From positions 434,001 to 497,891 of the forward strand of contig CBFFSA010000001.1 of assembly GCA_965644495.1 (NCBI GenBank): DNA of 63,891 nucleotides, written 5' to 3'. Under the pieces are notes generated by a model. The model searched no databases, had not been told where the DNA came from, and saw nothing but the letters and a program-made list of their open reading frames with translations. Origin of the DNA: Perkinsela sp. CCAP 1560/9 (Eukaryota > Protista > Euglenozoa: Kinetoplastea). The position numbers and the translations under genes are program-made. This document shows positions 33,185-44,412 of this stretch, piece by piece (within the stretch, counting starts at the first letter, position 1; each line of letters starts with the position of its first letter).

Positions 33185-34861
33185 CTAATCCTGATACACC
33201 CAATTCAATCCAAATCTAAACCGATCAAAAACGTAAGAATTTGGTTTCCATACGATTCCGCGGTGTTGAGAATTCCTCAATTGGAAAGGGATTGAAAAAT
33301 TTATCTCTAGCCTTCCGAATGTTAAGGATCCGATAACCGGTATTTCGTTTAAAAGAAGACCAGCTCCGATAGATGCGTACCAATTTTCAGCCGAAAATAT
33401 GTCTCTACGAATTTGACTTCCATGACGCGGATGAAAAAGAGATCGCATACTATCTGGTATGTATTGTACCGTTCCAGCATTCGCAAACACATGACCGGCA
33501 AACAAACCTCCTGAGAGAGGAAGAGGAAAACTTATACACGAGCTGAGGGCAACGAGCAATGTACCTCCCAGCTGATCGAGTGTCTTGGAGGTAAATTCCG
33601 TATTTCGTATTGTGCTATCAATCGGGACGGAAAAATGCTTCGAATTCGTAAAGCGGTGAGGGCCTATAAACTTGTACCCCCGCACGTAGGTCCCGTCCAT
33701 GAAGTAACGATCAAGGAGGTGAATGTCACATCCCCGGCTCTTTGTTTTGTGAGAGGGTGACTCCTCCCCAAGTGGAAAAATCATACCAGTTCGTAGCCAA
33801 ACCCCGGCGGTCACAAGCGGGTGAATCAGAAAATGCTTTGAACACCATGAGTCAAGACGAAGGTCGGTGAGCGTGCCACCAAGGGATAGACATTGTCGTA
33901 TGCGCTTATTCATCGTTGTCAGCCCAGAGCTGTCTGTCGTCCGTTTGGCGCTCTCTGACGTAGGCAACCCACCAGCTAGCTCACACCGTATTCGAAAATC
34001 GTGTCCCTGAACGGGGTGAGCGTACAGCTTACGAAGGTGGGGAGTCGAATGAGATAGGAGCGTAGACACTGCCCATTCGTATCTTGCAGCCAGTCGCGTG
34101 CGCAGGGTATCTTTGTAGGGGGCAAGTTCGTGAGGCACAGAGCGGGACTTTGAGGTGCAGTTCAGAGAGGAATGAGTCGTACTAAGAGACAAAATGGATC
34201 GGTTTCGGTTGGGACCAAAGTGTACTGATGTTTTGGCCTCCGCACGGACTTCGTTGTCCAGTGCATGAAGCCTACCGTGATCGTGAGAGCCTTGACTAAT
34301 GCTGTACTCCGCAAACCTTCCTAACCATGAGTCATACGACTGTAATTTTCCTGTTAGAGCTGAAACACTACGAGTGAGATTCGTAGGAAGGTACTCAAAG
34401 ACAACAGTGTAGGGTGAACTCATAATGTTTGCAGCAGAAATCTTGATCTCTGGACTACCCGTAAGGTCCGTAGAAACGCCTGCTTGCTTTCTGCCAGCCG
34501 ATTCGGACGCAATGAGCCGAACCACTACATAGTTTCCCCCTTCCTGCGCGGGCTCCACTCGTGAATCAATATCTTTAAACAGACCCGTCTCCATAAACCT
34601 TTCTCTAAGTTCCTCGCATCGCAGCATAATTTCTGGAATGCTCGTCGCATTTTCTAAACCTCTGACAGAGTTCTGTACGAAATGATGTTTCGTATGCCGA
34701 TCAAACCCCTCAAGATGCACACGTGTTATGACGTGACCTGAGTGGTTTAGTAATGCATGGAAGAGATATGGGTCATACCTTACTTCGTCTAACTCTGACA
34801 CAAGATGCTCAACTTCGCTAGCCAAAGAGTCGGAATGCGAAGCGTTGTCGTCGAGTTTCAT
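33185..34861 (-). CDS. SAM50: SAM50/Omp85 mitochondrial outer-membrane beta-barrel assembly protein
   Basis: POTRA-like N-terminus, VRGY motif, HVFANAG, GRLEINF and C-terminal FRFGL beta-signal. Confidence 0.85.
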   Translation of the reverse strand: MKLDDNASHSDSLASEVEHLVSELDEVRYDPYLFHALLNHSGHVITRVHLEGFDRHTKHHFVQNSVRGLENATSIPEIMLRCEELRERFMETGLFKDIDSRVEPAQEGGNYVVVRLIASESAGRKQAGVSTDLTGSPEIKISAANIMSSPYTVVFEYLPTNLTRSVSALTGKLQSYDSWLGRFAEYSISQGSHDHGRLHALDNEVRAEAKTSVHFGPNRNRSILSLSTTHSSLNCTSKSRSVPHELAPYKDTLRTRLAARYEWAVSTLLSHSTPHLRKLYAHPVQGHDFRIRCELAGGLPTSESAKRTTDSSGLTTMNKRIRQCLSLGGTLTDLRLDSWCSKHFLIHPLVTAGVWLRTGMIFPLGEESPSHKTKSRGCDIHLLDRYFMDGTYVRGYKFIGPHRFTNSKHFSVPIDSTIRNTEFTSKTLDQLGGTLLVALSSCISFPLPLSGGLFAGHVFANAGTVQYIPDSMRSLFHPRHGSQIRRDIFSAENWYASIGAGLLLNEIPVIGSLTFGRLEINFSIPFQLRNSQHRGIVWKPNSYVFDRFRFGLNWVYQD

Positions 34862-35139
34862 TTTCTAGTTAAAAGTTAAATTACCGAACGTACTGGGGAA
34901 TAAACTCTGGATTAAAAAAATCTGACTTTTCTTAAGAGCTATGGTCACGAATTTGAATGTATTCACTATAATAGAATGCACCACGCATTATCGAATCAAT
35001 TAAGAGACCAATATCATTAGAGACTCAACACTTTGTGTACCAAATATAAAAATCTTTTCTTTCAGACGTTTGTCCACAAGCTAAAGGAACTCTACAAAGA
35101 CGCAGGTAAGAATACTGTAGTACAAGTACAGATTAAGCG

Positions 35140-36132
35140 TCACATCTTTTTATCCTTTTCCGCAGCGACAAGAGCCGATATTGTTGGATAATACGAAACT
35201 ATCCAATCCAATCGAGAACTTGAAGTCTCAGAAGAATCCAAAGTACCAGAATCCTTGGTCGAATCAGAAGCTAACCCTAGTCTTTCGTTTCGCATATTTC
35301 TCACCAACTTTACATATGCCTGCTTAATTTTATTTATTGACTGCCATTTGATTTCATGAATTTCACCAATGCATTGTGGATAAAAGAGTGCGATAGTCGA
35401 TGAGTCCCAGGGCCCCACACCACCGAATAAGACAACAGGCGCCCGTCCCTGTCTACTGCTGCGTCGAACGAGAGGTGACTTTGAAAGAAATCCCGACACG
35501 TCAGATCCAATCTCCTCCTTCGCCTCACGTAAGGCACATAAGTACTCTGTCTCCCCCGCTGCCCTCTTTCCCTTCGGAAACACCCAAGGAGAGGACGCAT
35601 GGGCGCATACGGTAAGAACATGAGTTTTGCTACGGTCCAGCAGAACAACTCCACATACCGTGATGGATTGGTTGTATTTCAAAAATTGAGATAATCCGTA
35701 CGTTATGTGATCCGTCGATATCGTGGGCAACAATCCCAAAAGAGAGCGAGCGAAATACGGGAATGGAACCTGTGAGTGTAATGTTTCTACACTTGTACTA
35801 CCTAACTGCGGAGGACACGATTTCTGAAGAGTTACCGATGTTTCGCCTGCACTAACATCAACTTCGCTTGAAGCTTCGTTGAAAGCGTCAGCGCTGCCAT
35901 CACAGTAATAATAATATGCTTCCTGCACGTGGTAGAGCAAGCGTGGCCAAGAAGAACGATCTTCCACGGGTACGTTCAACACGAACCGCACAAGCAAACT
36001 CAATAGAATGTTGTTTGAAATCTCATTTAAACCACTCACCCCTAGGTAGTCCGTGTCATGCTTGAAGTACACAGGTTTCTGCGATCCATACCCAGGTAAG
36101 CTCATTTCATAACAGCTGATCAAAAACCACAA
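35140..36132 (-). CDS. DCP2: mRNA decapping enzyme DCP2 (Box A + Nudix)
   Basis: Box A LLVRFVLNVP..RLLYHVQEAYYYYCD and Nudix WVFPKGK..ETEYLCALREAKEEIG. Confidence 0.85.
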   Translation of the reverse strand: MWFLISCYEMSLPGYGSQKPVYFKHDTDYLGVSGLNEISNNILLSLLVRFVLNVPVEDRSSWPRLLYHVQEAYYYYCDGSADAFNEASSEVDVSAGETSVTLQKSCPPQLGSTSVETLHSQVPFPYFARSLLGLLPTISTDHITYGLSQFLKYNQSITVCGVVLLDRSKTHVLTVCAHASSPWVFPKGKRAAGETEYLCALREAKEEIGSDVSGFLSKSPLVRRSSRQGRAPVVLFGGVGPWDSSTIALFYPQCIGEIHEIKWQSINKIKQAYVKLVRNMRNERLGLASDSTKDSGTLDSSETSSSRLDWIVSYYPTISALVAAEKDKKM

Positions 36133-36389
36133 GAAGTTTCATTCATTCATAAAGTTAAATGTAAAATTGAACCATCTAATAACTAAAACAATGTTGTAGT
36201 AAAAATAGTTTCCTAGTAGTAGAAGTATGTATCCACCGTTCACGGGAAATGATCTTTCAAGTTTTGGAAGATGATACAGTAATTTTCTGAAGACTATCCA
36301 AGGAAATGTATATCCAAGGAAAATTTGTCATGTCAAGAAATTCGTTGCCAAAATAATCTTGGCCCAAACTGTCTTGGGCTGTACAGGAA

Positions 36390-38831
36390 TCAAACACCAA
36401 TGACATTAGAAAACGTTGATGCTTCGTGCGTCTTTCCATAATCGCGAAATAAACCAGGAGGATGTGCATATCTCCGAAGTCTTCCATCTACGTGCGGATC
36501 CGGATCGCTTCCGTACTTTTTATTGAGTGCCAAAGATTCAGAACGAGAAAGTTTTCTTTTTGTTACAGGACAATACCCATGTGAACGATGAACAGAAACA
36601 TACTGATCCCACTGTTTTCCTTGCAAGGTAGTGCCAGAAAATTTTGCATATGCTTGTTGCTGTTTTTGTGTCATTTCTCGAAGTTTAACTTTTCTGTCAG
36701 GTGAATGTTGCTTCAATACAGCATCGATTTCCTTCTTTTCTATACCTTGCCTATAACAAGCATTGATTGTTTTAACGTCTCTCCATCCCAAAGTTTTAAC
36801 GTCTGTGCCTGCAAGATAGTATCCTCGTATACTTCCGTCTAAATCTCCTTCGGCAATGGCACCCGAACCATGGCGTTTTGCTTGTACCTCACTTCTGACA
36901 AGCTTGTTCATGGATTGCATAAGCACTTCCCGTCGTTCTACTTTTTTCGGCTTCTTTCTCACCGAACCATCTTTCTCTTCTGACGCATTTTTCGGCAAAG
37001 GCGATGGAAACGGTACATGGGCGCTGGGGTCTTGTAAATCAGATGTTGAAGATGTAATGTCTTTTGAGGAGTTATTACTCCCTCCGAATCCTGCGCGTAC
37101 TTTACCATAGGGGGTATCTATGGTCATTTTCACCGAACAATTCTTCTCTGGTGAAGCGATTTCTCGACTTCCTGAGTGATCATCCCGAGTTCCCATTCTC
37201 GCCTCCCTGAAAAGATCAAGGTTCTTCATCTGTTCGTCACTATGATTGTGGCAATTGGGTACAACCAAATCACTTGTCAGCACATCAGATTTTCTACTTG
37301 AATCCTCTACAAAGGCTTTGCATGATAAATCATTGCCTATGTTTCTATCCTTGTGAGGCACAGTTTTGCACGCCAGAACACACTCTTCATCCGAATTTAG
37401 GGATAGATGTGAAGAGGATTTCATAAGATCTGAACCAGATTTTATGAAAAAAGGTTCCTTTTGTACCCTCCGATCCGGGTCAGTGACTGAGAGAGGCGAG
37501 GCGTTTGAGTTCTGAATCCCCGATTTTGCTCTACTGGCTCTCTCAGAATAAGCCAGCCAACGCATTCGTTTTCCCTGTATCATTCCCGAGGTTTCAACAA
37601 TGAGTCTTCGTAAAAAATCAATTCCATGGTGACGTTCAGGATCCCATCCTCGACTGCTGGTCGGTATAATAAGAGGATATGCGCGGTAAGAATTCTTTTT
37701 AGCAGTAATCATAACATAGAAATCATGAATTCGCTTGCACAAAAGACTGTGTCCGACTGTGTCACACTTTGTAAGCACCACAAAACAGCGTCCGTGGCTG
37801 TTATTTATCATAGTGAAGTATTTTTCATCAGTAGAATTCCATTCTACGCTGGCATCTTTGCAGAAAATTACAGTGTTCAGCGATCTTCGTGTCCCAAGAT
37901 AATTTTGGTTACACTGAAGTGCGTGCTCTGACCAAGTCGGCTTCATTCCTTGTAGACCCCAGCCCGGCAGATCTACAAAAGTAAACTGTAAACCACCTCC
38001 TGGCAGCTTTACAAGCCGATTTGGATGTCGCATTTGAAAATTTTGCAAACTCGCGGAGTCCACAGATTGATAATAGCTAATGTGTCTTGTCGATCCTGGA
38101 GTAGTGGAACTCTTACAAGCGCGAGGTTGGCTCAGTAGAGCATTGAGTAGTGAGCTCTTACCACTGTTAGCTCTTCCTGTGAATGCGATCTCCAGATAGA
38201 GATCATTAATCTCGAAATGATAGTCGAACATTGTACTTTGATGCACAAGCTGATACTGGGGCTCTACTATCATTTTGTGTGCAATCTGAGCGCTTTCTTC
38301 AGTGAGTACGCCAAATGATACCGGTGGGGGTGGGACCAGTCTACCATTGTAAGTGTAGTCTTGAGGTCTGGGATGAGTGATATCATACAGAATCTGCATC
38401 CGTCGCGACCTCTGCAGAGCGGCTTCGTCCTGTATACCTGCCTGTACCTCCGCTTTCAGAACGTTAAGTGGAGTTAGGGCGCACGTCAGTGCTTCCGAGT
38501 CCTTCAGGGGCCCTATAGAAGTGTCACTACGAGGATCTAACACCGCGTTTTCCATTAGAGGTGTTTCTACCACCATCTCATGTTCTGTAGACGTGCGTTG
38601 CTGTGTAATTGTTCTCGATGTTGTGGAGGGTATATCGGAATTCAAAGCGTCGCTCATTGTGGAATCCTCCGCACCGAAATGCCTTTTTAGGGCATCTGCT
38701 GTTGGAGATATACTGGACGTAATAGCGTTTTCATGTTGAAAACGTTTGCCAAATAATACCAGATGCGACTTCCACGGTCGTCGTATCGTATCTATGAACT
38801 TTGAAACCTGATGTACGAATACTTTGGACAT
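36390..38831 (-). CDS. EngB/YihA-family GTPase with long extensions (likely mitochondrial)
   Basis: EIAFTGRANSGKSSLLNAL, PGST, DLPGWG and TKCD. The first ATG is at 38831. Confidence 0.85.
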   Translation of the reverse strand: MSKVFVHQVSKFIDTIRRPWKSHLVLFGKRFQHENAITSSISPTADALKRHFGAEDSTMSDALNSDIPSTTSRTITQQRTSTEHEMVVETPLMENAVLDPRSDTSIGPLKDSEALTCALTPLNVLKAEVQAGIQDEAALQRSRRMQILYDITHPRPQDYTYNGRLVPPPPVSFGVLTEESAQIAHKMIVEPQYQLVHQSTMFDYHFEINDLYLEIAFTGRANSGKSSLLNALLSQPRACKSSTTPGSTRHISYYQSVDSASLQNFQMRHPNRLVKLPGGGLQFTFVDLPGWGLQGMKPTWSEHALQCNQNYLGTRRSLNTVIFCKDASVEWNSTDEKYFTMINNSHGRCFVVLTKCDTVGHSLLCKRIHDFYVMITAKKNSYRAYPLIIPTSSRGWDPERHHGIDFLRRLIVETSGMIQGKRMRWLAYSERASRAKSGIQNSNASPLSVTDPDRRVQKEPFFIKSGSDLMKSSSHLSLNSDEECVLACKTVPHKDRNIGNDLSCKAFVEDSSRKSDVLTSDLVVPNCHNHSDEQMKNLDLFREARMGTRDDHSGSREIASPEKNCSVKMTIDTPYGKVRAGFGGSNNSSKDITSSTSDLQDPSAHVPFPSPLPKNASEEKDGSVRKKPKKVERREVLMQSMNKLVRSEVQAKRHGSGAIAEGDLDGSIRGYYLAGTDVKTLGWRDVKTINACYRQGIEKKEIDAVLKQHSPDRKVKLREMTQKQQQAYAKFSGTTLQGKQWDQYVSVHRSHGYCPVTKRKLSRSESLALNKKYGSDPDPHVDGRLRRYAHPPGLFRDYGKTHEASTFSNVIGV

Positions 38832-39461
38832 TAAAAGTTTTCTCACAATTCGTTTATTCGAAATTTGACGCTTCAAGGTTCAAAAATGATGAAGCCCATG
38901 AAAATTGCATAGTAGAGAAACGAATTCTTGCCTCAGACGAAAACTAGTCATTCCCCATACTAAATAATTGTACTTTATATGTAAATTTACACTCAGTATA
39001 ATTCGGAAGTAATAGTTGCATACTTGCATACACCTCCGCTAATTAATTATAAAAAATTATAAAAGTCGAAAAATCACCCGTTTAAAAAAATATATTAGCG
39101 GGGGTGTAGTTGTATATAATACTACCTGTCGTTGTACCTACAGGACAGATAGTTGACCTGCAGTTGTACCTATCGATAGATGATGTATCTCCTCATGCGA
39201 AATCCTCCTGGGCGAACTGGAGGGAATGCGAGCGATCATGAAGCATATCGTTTTACGTTTGATGGAGGAGCATGCCATTTTTCGAGCCGACCTGTCTGAG
39301 AAGGCGAAAGAGGAAACATGCCATCGATTCAAGTACGGTTTTGGATGGACGAAATGCAAATTTGGCGAAGCGCAATGTCTTTCCCCCAAAAAGACCCCCC
39401 GAACCGGCGGCAGTATAAAGGGAAAGCGATAGTATTCAAATTCAGAATCCGAATACAATAA

Positions 39462-39992
39462 CTACGCCGATGTCATATCATGTGTCAACGAAAGACGAAG
39501 AACAGAACGGATGAGAGAATCTTGGTACACCCGGCGAAGTTTTTGTCCGTCTCTAAATGATATTCGAGCAGAAGGAATAAGCACTTTGTGACCGTCACCG
39601 TCATCAGTCATTATCATAAGGTCTTCACTGCGCCTAACGTCTTCATCAATGACCAGAAGTCCTACTCCGCCTGCTTTCTGAACTACTTGCGCTTTGGTAA
39701 CAAATGTACATTCCCCTCGGAAAACTACAACTATCTTACCGCTATACGTATTGTTTTCGTGCGATCTCTCGATTAGTGAGTCACACCCACACCTTGGAGA
39801 AGAAAATATAATCGGATAACTTCCGGTGTATCTTCCTGCAGTATAATATGGGCATCCGAAAGTGGCCGGTGCAAAACCAAGTCGGCGTCTTAATGACGGA
39901 GGGTAGGTAATACTTACTGCACAGACCAAACTGCCATGATAGTTCGAACAAAGCAGGAAGAATAGAGGCAGATATGGCAAGCTACGTAGCAT
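39462..39992 (-). CDS. Secreted PA-domain protein (PRADC1-like)
   Basis: Signal peptide, PATFG, GKIVVVFRGECTFVTKA and IPSARIS..DG. Confidence 0.8.
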   Translation of the reverse strand: MLRSLPYLPLFFLLCSNYHGSLVCAVSITYPPSLRRRLGFAPATFGCPYYTAGRYTGSYPIIFSSPRCGCDSLIERSHENNTYSGKIVVVFRGECTFVTKAQVVQKAGGVGLLVIDEDVRRSEDLMIMTDDGDGHKVLIPSARISFRDGQKLRRVYQDSLIRSVLRLSLTHDMTSA

Positions 39993-40161
39993 GACATAAA
40001 ACCAACAACATGCAAATACAAAAACAGTAAATTATTACTCAAAAATTATTTTACAAGATGAAACACATTATGCTTACTTATAATTTACAAGGTACAAAAG
40101 CAACCTGCGAAACTGTGAGTAATGCCACAGACTATACTAAAGCTTTACTTGAGGGGAATTA

Positions 40162-40825
40162 CCGTATACCCCCCCAGTAAGAGAATGGGTTTTGGGTCAA
40201 AATGGCCAAATCTCTCTTACTAGGGGGGTATACCTTTTTGGCCAGTTTTGTCCTTTCTTCCTTCCTTTTTAGACATTTTTTTCGGTGAAAGGGGACTTTT
40301 TCCCCCCGAAAAAAAAACTTAAATTCTTTCATGGTGGTTTCTCAAAAAAAATTTCAGTATTATCCAAGCGAGTGATTAAACATCGTATTTTTGCTACTTA
40401 CACGACTCCGCTCTATCATTTTTCTGTGCACAGGCTGTAAAATGTATGACAGTACCACTTTTTGTAGTTGGGAACCTTGGATGACGTGATGATAGAAGCC
40501 TGTACCGTACGATGTGAATTGAGGAGTTCTTGTAATCCGCTGTTTAAGGAATTTGAAATTATTGTCCAGGCTCAGAACCGGAACCAAGGTAGAGCTCATA
40601 AATTTTCTTTTTTGGTACATTTTATCAAGGGAAGTACGAAGTTAAAAGTTTTTGGGGGAAAAAAGTCCTTTTGACCAATTTTTCTATTTTTGCTTCTGAA
40701 AACGTGATAAAACGCTTATTTGGATTACCCCCGAGCCCCCCGACATGCGGACACTCACCCCCTACCCCCTATACGCTTCCTGCGGGGCCCTCGATCCAAA
40801 TCTCTCTTACTGGGGGGGTATACGG
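40162..40825. mobile_element. MITE family A, longer (664 bp) copy in opposite orientation
   Basis: Same CCGTATA-C(n)-AGTAAGAGA TIRs and TA flanks. Its terminal sequences are homologous to 20304-20613. Confidence 0.9.
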
Positions 40826-40865
40826 TATATTGAGAATGGTAAGAAGAACCCGAGCAGTAGACATA

Positions 40866-41611
40866 CTCCCCTGTCCAGCTTCATTTACCCCCCCCCCCCT
40901 ACAGGTCTTGTATTTTGTTTGATTTTGGAAATATTTAGCATGGGACTGTTTTTCGACCCAATCGTCTTGAATCCGCTGTCCTTTTCACTCGAGCGATCCT
41001 TTTTCCTCCGAGGCCTTAAAATTTTTGTCGAAAAACCCGATTTTGTTTTGCCTACCCTAAAAAATTCATTATTTTCAGTTTTTTCCTTAATGGCCAAGAG
41101 ATAACTGGCTTCCTCTTCTCCCAAATCAGCGTAATCCACCGGAAAGTCGAACCCTGATCATAGCACGGTAGGAACTATAATCCTTGCGCGCTTTAGATAG
41201 AAAGAATAGACACGAAATACGAGACGCTATGTTTCAAACATCCGACCTTTTAACAGGAGAACATGTTGAATCCATTCAAAAACTGTCGCAAACGACTTCA
41301 GTTTGTGATAGAAAAGAAAAGTTGCCATATTGGATATTGAATACATATCTAGCTTCATTTTTGTGTTATCCAAGCACGATTTATACTTTTAAAAGCATAA
41401 AAAATTTCCCAAGAATATGAAAAAAATTAGAAAAAAAAGTGTACCCCCTCAAAAATTGTCATGTCATTTTAGTAATTTGTTTTTTCCAATCATGAAAAGG
41501 ACGGCGGATTCGAGACGATTGGGTCGAAAAACAGTCGCACGCTAAATATTTCCAAAATCGAAGAAACTATAGGACCTGTAGGGGGGGGGTAAATGAAGAT
41601 GGACAGGGGTG
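40866..41611. mobile_element. MITE family C with ~120-bp TIRs
   Basis: C(T/A)CCCCTGTCCA.CTTCATTTACCCCC...CCTTTTCA is inverted at both ends, with TA at 40864-65 and 41612-13. Confidence 0.9.
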
Positions 41612-41623
41612 TAAAAAGAATAA

Positions 41624-43831
41624 CTAGAGTTGCTGCATTCGATTAATAGTACTCTCTGAGTGCATAACAAATCGCTTTTGTACCTCTTTTACATCCGCTA
41701 AAACTCCCGATACAAGGCGCCGGGTAAATAGTTGAGTACGATCATTCTCACTCACATCTTCCAGAGGCCTGTATCTCGAAGCACACCACGCCTCGTGCTG
41801 CGCTTCAACATGACTCACTATATTATAGAGCCTAGTGACTACTAAGCTGGTTGTCTGGGTAGGTGGAAGAGTTAAAAATAAAAGGGTACCTGTGAAATGT
41901 GAAAGAAGTCCGAGCTCAGTCGTCAGGCGTCCTAGAGATTCATACCACATATTGAACTGAGAAGAATGACCATGTGAGGAGTGTAGTGTATGCTTTTCCC
42001 CATTTTCTACATCTCTGAGGGCTGCATGAATCCATTCGTCCCATGTCGCACTAAACAAAACAGAATCCGATGAATGATACTCACCCCTTTCATCTCCTTT
42101 GCCCTCGGTGACGATACTGTCTAAAAAGGAAGGGGCACACATAGGGAACATACCCCCGTCGCGACTTGCAATAATTCGCAACACAGAGCAAGAGGTGAAG
42201 CACATGGAACTAAATGGGAGAGGAGGCGACTTCAACGCGCCTTGCATTGGGACACGTGCGCTCCGTGACGCATGGGTGAAACTTGGCAGGGTATCCTTTG
42301 AAGATGATGCAGGAGCAACAGTGTGTTTGTGGTAGTAAGCCTCTGCTTGCTCCCATGAAAGGACAGCAGCAGCAGCTAATATAATGCAGTCATAAACAGC
42401 TTTGCGTACTCGATTTATCCAAGATGAAAGATGGCAAAGCAACTGAACAGGTGCGCCACCAATCACCGATTCCTGCAATCTCGGGAGGGAAATGGAAGAT
42501 AAAGAGCGAAAACCTGGATCCAGAAGGGCAACCAAAGAACTAGAAACAGTGTGGGTCGTGCGTGAAGCGGAAAATTCTTTTTCATTGGATTCTACTCTTC
42601 GTACTACAAGAAACTTCGAGTTTTTTGATTTGTTTCCCCTATTATTTCCTGCTAATAAAGGTTGTTCTGAACAAATCTCCGAAAAAGAACCGGCATTATC
42701 AGCGCAATGCTGAAGTAGAGAAAATCCTTGACCCGAATCGATAGCTTTCTGTAAGGAATCTGTTAGGCTTTCTGCGGTTTGAGAAGCTGCAATACAAGTT
42801 GAATTTGATGGTATTTTCTGCTGAGGAAGAAGAAGATTTAAAGCACTAGATAAATTGGCAACGTCAACCTTCGAAAACATTGCTACATGAAAAGGATTAT
42901 ACCGGCTGTAAATACGCTTCTCAAACGAAAGCGACTTCGTGTGAAGAACGGTTGTTATCAGCAAAACTGAAGAGGAGGCATCTGCCATATGTGTAAGAAT
43001 CCCGTACAAAATCTTTTGAGAAGCGGATAGACACAAGTCCATACGACTAAGACAAATCACTATCATCTCTCCGTTGATGAAAATTCTTTCGAGGATTGCA
43101 ACAAGCCGACGTACAACAGAGTTAGTGCGCAACGTATGCGTATGACCTTTTTCAAAAAGATCATCACTGTGACAGGAACTTTGTGACCGCGAATTAGTAG
43201 AACAATCGCTCAGTCCCCCAAAATCGTCATCTGAAAGGTCGGTCTCCTTAAATGCATTCAAGCCAAAATTTATTTTCTTTCGGCAAACTTGTTTTCTGCG
43301 CTTGCGCAACTTAATGCGTAAAGAGGACTCGTTTAAAAATTCTGACGATTCGTGACCTTCCATGTGTTCAGGTGATATGGTTTCTACTTCACTAGATGAA
43401 CAAAGTACGGAAGAAGGAGTTGTGCTTTCAGAGTCTGAACTATCACGCCAAATATTCGTCTCCGAGGAGGACGAGTCAGAAAAGAAAGTTGAACCGAGCA
43501 CTTTCAATAGATGCTGAAAAAATCTATGTGTGTAATCACGGACGCTGATGTTTCGGGGGTAGTCACTGTTGTCAAACTTCAAGAAGTAAGTCCGTTTCGG
43601 GCCCCAGTATCGCTTGTTAATATTGCCCTCATAAGAATGCGCGTATTTCGATATCTGGTCGCACCACACTTCGAGCTGCGCATTCTTGCCACTCCCATTG
43701 GGACCCCATAATTCTACTGTAAAAGAGGAACGCTCACGCCAATGATGATGTAGCATATGAGTCGCTGCATACCTATCCATATTGCCTGTGCTCGCCAGAT
43801 CAAGGCAATGTCGCAGCGTCTCAGATGACAT
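41624..43831 (-). CDS. ORC4: Divergent ORC4-like AAA+ protein
   Basis: Walker A LWGPNGSGK and FEKRIYSRY, resembling ORC4 LEKRVKSRF. The first ATG is at 43831. Confidence 0.55.
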   Translation of the reverse strand: MSSETLRHCLDLASTGNMDRYAATHMLHHHWRERSSFTVELWGPNGSGKNAQLEVWCDQISKYAHSYEGNINKRYWGPKRTYFLKFDNSDYPRNISVRDYTHRFFQHLLKVLGSTFFSDSSSSETNIWRDSSDSESTTPSSVLCSSSEVETISPEHMEGHESSEFLNESSLRIKLRKRRKQVCRKKINFGLNAFKETDLSDDDFGGLSDCSTNSRSQSSCHSDDLFEKGHTHTLRTNSVVRRLVAILERIFINGEMIVICLSRMDLCLSASQKILYGILTHMADASSSVLLITTVLHTKSLSFEKRIYSRYNPFHVAMFSKVDVANLSSALNLLLPQQKIPSNSTCIAASQTAESLTDSLQKAIDSGQGFSLLQHCADNAGSFSEICSEQPLLAGNNRGNKSKNSKFLVVRRVESNEKEFSASRTTHTVSSSLVALLDPGFRSLSSISLPRLQESVIGGAPVQLLCHLSSWINRVRKAVYDCIILAAAAVLSWEQAEAYYHKHTVAPASSSKDTLPSFTHASRSARVPMQGALKSPPLPFSSMCFTSCSVLRIIASRDGGMFPMCAPSFLDSIVTEGKGDERGEYHSSDSVLFSATWDEWIHAALRDVENGEKHTLHSSHGHSSQFNMWYESLGRLTTELGLLSHFTGTLLFLTLPPTQTTSLVVTRLYNIVSHVEAQHEAWCASRYRPLEDVSENDRTQLFTRRLVSGVLADVKEVQKRFVMHSESTINRMQQL

Positions 43832-44412
43832 GATGTGCAAAGCTCTGTCAGAACCTTCAAAGAAATATTCAAGTCGCCAAAGATTTGACGTTGTCACTTG
43901 CTCAGCCTGGGTTGAGCCACACGGAAAGGTAAATACCAGAAAAAAAGATTTTTGCGCGCAGGACCATCTTATTTCTACACTACTCGATTAAACGGTTAAA
44001 TAATTGCGATATTTCATTACTCACGTAAGATACAATTGCAAGAAACTACTGATTCACTTTTTTTGGTAGATTTCCGCATTGCCATATTTGGCAACTTAAT
44101 TCGTATGGGGAGTTACTTGGTACAAGGTCCTTTGTATAAAAAAAGATTAATCTATTAGTAAGTTTTAGCATTGGTAATGAGTATAAGAATCAAAAAGCTC
44201 TTGCCTTCCTGCTTTACATAGGATATTTACCTTATCAATATATGATTCGAAACAAGTCCTGGCGCCCATTCCTGTCTTTCACCTTCAATCTTCTCTGTTC
44301 ATTTCACGTGTTTTATGTTCCACTTGAATAACTTCAACTCCGCCAAGCGACAGCATCCTAAGGGATAAAAAATAATGCTTTCTTTCGGCTCATCTTTCAA
44401 AGATCATCTGCC

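Noticed and set aside
39138-39458. 106-aa minus-strand ORF downstream of the PA-domain gene
   Set aside because: Non-ATG start and no motif; cannot be supported as a gene.
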